Shown here one piece after another: positions 63,503 through 64,000 of a stretch of 64,000 nt of DNA. The translations under genes and the position numbers were made by a program. The notes under the pieces were generated by a model, which made no database searches, was not told the DNA's origin, and saw only the letters and a program-made list of their open reading frames with translations. Source of the DNA: Candidatus Woesearchaeota archaeon (lineage in GTDB: Archaea; Nanobdellota; Nanobdellia; Woesearchaeales; UBA10216); the NCBI GenBank assembly GCA_016180065.1, contig JACPBY010000002.1:2214-66213 (forward strand), given 5' to 3'. The first letter of the stretch is position 1. Every line of letters starts with the position of its first letter.

Positions 63503-64000
63503 TTATTGCTGCGCCACAGGCACTGGCTCCGGAACAGGCTGCGGGGCGCCCCTGGGAAGCAGCGAAGACACAACCTGCCAAACCTTCTTTGGCGCGTCTT
63601 TAGCTTTGCTCCACAAAGTGTGGTCACCATCGATAAAATATGCAAATGCAGCAGATGCAATAAATGCCCCTCCTTGAGCATAGTTCAGATAATTCACGGA
63701 GGATGGTTTAATCATGCCGGCAGAAACCAACCCTCCAGCTATTAAGAAGGGAAAGCGGCAATGCCTAAGAATACTCAAAATTGTTTCATAGTTCTTGTCC
63801 AAGGTATCCTTAGGCGATAAAAAGTAATTACGCATATCAGATATGACGCCAAGCGTGAGATGGGGAAGCAAAACAAAAGGGGCAATTAGAGAAGCATTAG
63901 CATAATGCCCTTCACGGGCCATGAGGGCAGCAGCCGTTCCTATTGAGACAGAGCTGCCATACACCGCAAGCTTTGCCAGTGAAAAGTTGTCAAAGCGCCC
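63503..64000 (-). CDS. Hypothetical protein, C-terminal part (5' end outside the window)
   Basis: The frame stays open to the window edge (…GRFDNFSLAKLAVYGSSVSIGTAAA…). Hydrophobic stretches and a Pro-rich tail. No family recognised. Confidence 0.45.
   Translation of the reverse strand, partial: GRFDNFSLAKLAVYGSSVSIGTAAALMAREGHYANASLIAPFVLLPHLTLGVISDMRNYFLSPKDTLDKNYETILSILRHCRFPFLIAGGLVSAGMIKPSSVNYLNYAQGGAFIASAAFAYFIDGDHTLWSKAKDAPKKVWQVVSSLLPRGAPQPVPEPVPVAQQ

Noticed and set aside
63961-64000. A fifth hairpin-family arm (AAAGTTGTCAAAG)
   Set aside because: Only a 9-nt match, with no partner arm. It lies inside an open reading frame at the window edge, so it is probably chance.

Overview
The window reads as an archaeal chromosome fragment, about 90% coding. 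Archaeal information-processing genes are present: SMC, TFS, a class I CCA-adding enzyme, a Sec11-type signal peptidase, an NMD3-like protein, and a tRNA-Leu with an insertion in the T-loop. They are mixed with bacterial-type metabolic genes: class I GAPDH, LDH, sufS/sufU and NrdR. That mix, plus the abundance of giant surface proteins, suggests a small-genome DPANN-like archaeon, but this is inference only.

Layout:
- 1-4.9 kb: the 3' end of a ThyA-like gene, two tandem hairpins, a hypothetical gene and smc. A 45-nt ghost copy of the smc 3' end lies just downstream of smc.
- 4.9-25.7 kb: about 20 kb on the minus strand encoding almost only secreted, lipoprotein or surface-anchored proteins. 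These include two DUF5667-like coiled-coil proteins, an M36-like protease, cupredoxin-like lipoproteins, paralogous beta-rich proteins and two giant adhesin-like proteins.
- 25.8-35 kb: a signalling cluster with a MEDS-PAS histidine kinase, two CheY-like regulators, a REC-PAS-double-wHTH protein, a REC-guanylate-kinase-like protein, AbrB-PhoU and a Nudix-like protein.
- 35-45 kb: housekeeping genes (cca, a PAP2-dolichol kinase fusion, signal peptidase, tfs, pgk, tRNA-Leu, gap) plus a large coiled-coil membrane protein.
- 45.4-50.7 kb: an HTH regulator followed by sufB-sufD-sufS-sufU-sufC-ferredoxin.
- 50.7-55 kb: an accessory-looking block (PD-(D/E)xK-like protein, PIN/UPF0175 pair, endonuclease IV, Cys-rich metzincin) bracketed by copies of a hairpin repeat.
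- 55.3-64 kb: class II RNR, a small Zn-ribbon ORF, nrdR, dut, ldh, a ferredoxin-DUF4346-like protein, vapBC, nth and two unknown genes.

No rRNA, CRISPR array, transposase or integrase was seen.

The structures most worth follow-up are:
- a four-copy hairpin repeat family with covarying stems;
- a second palindrome family (AAAATTCTGC..GCAGAATTTT) at three 5' regions;
- the smc ghost terminus;
- the T-loop insertion in tRNA-Leu;
- the secretome island with a shared P[IV]TG C-terminal signal;
- the REC-kinase signalling cluster.

All family assignments come from motif recognition by eye. No database searches were run.
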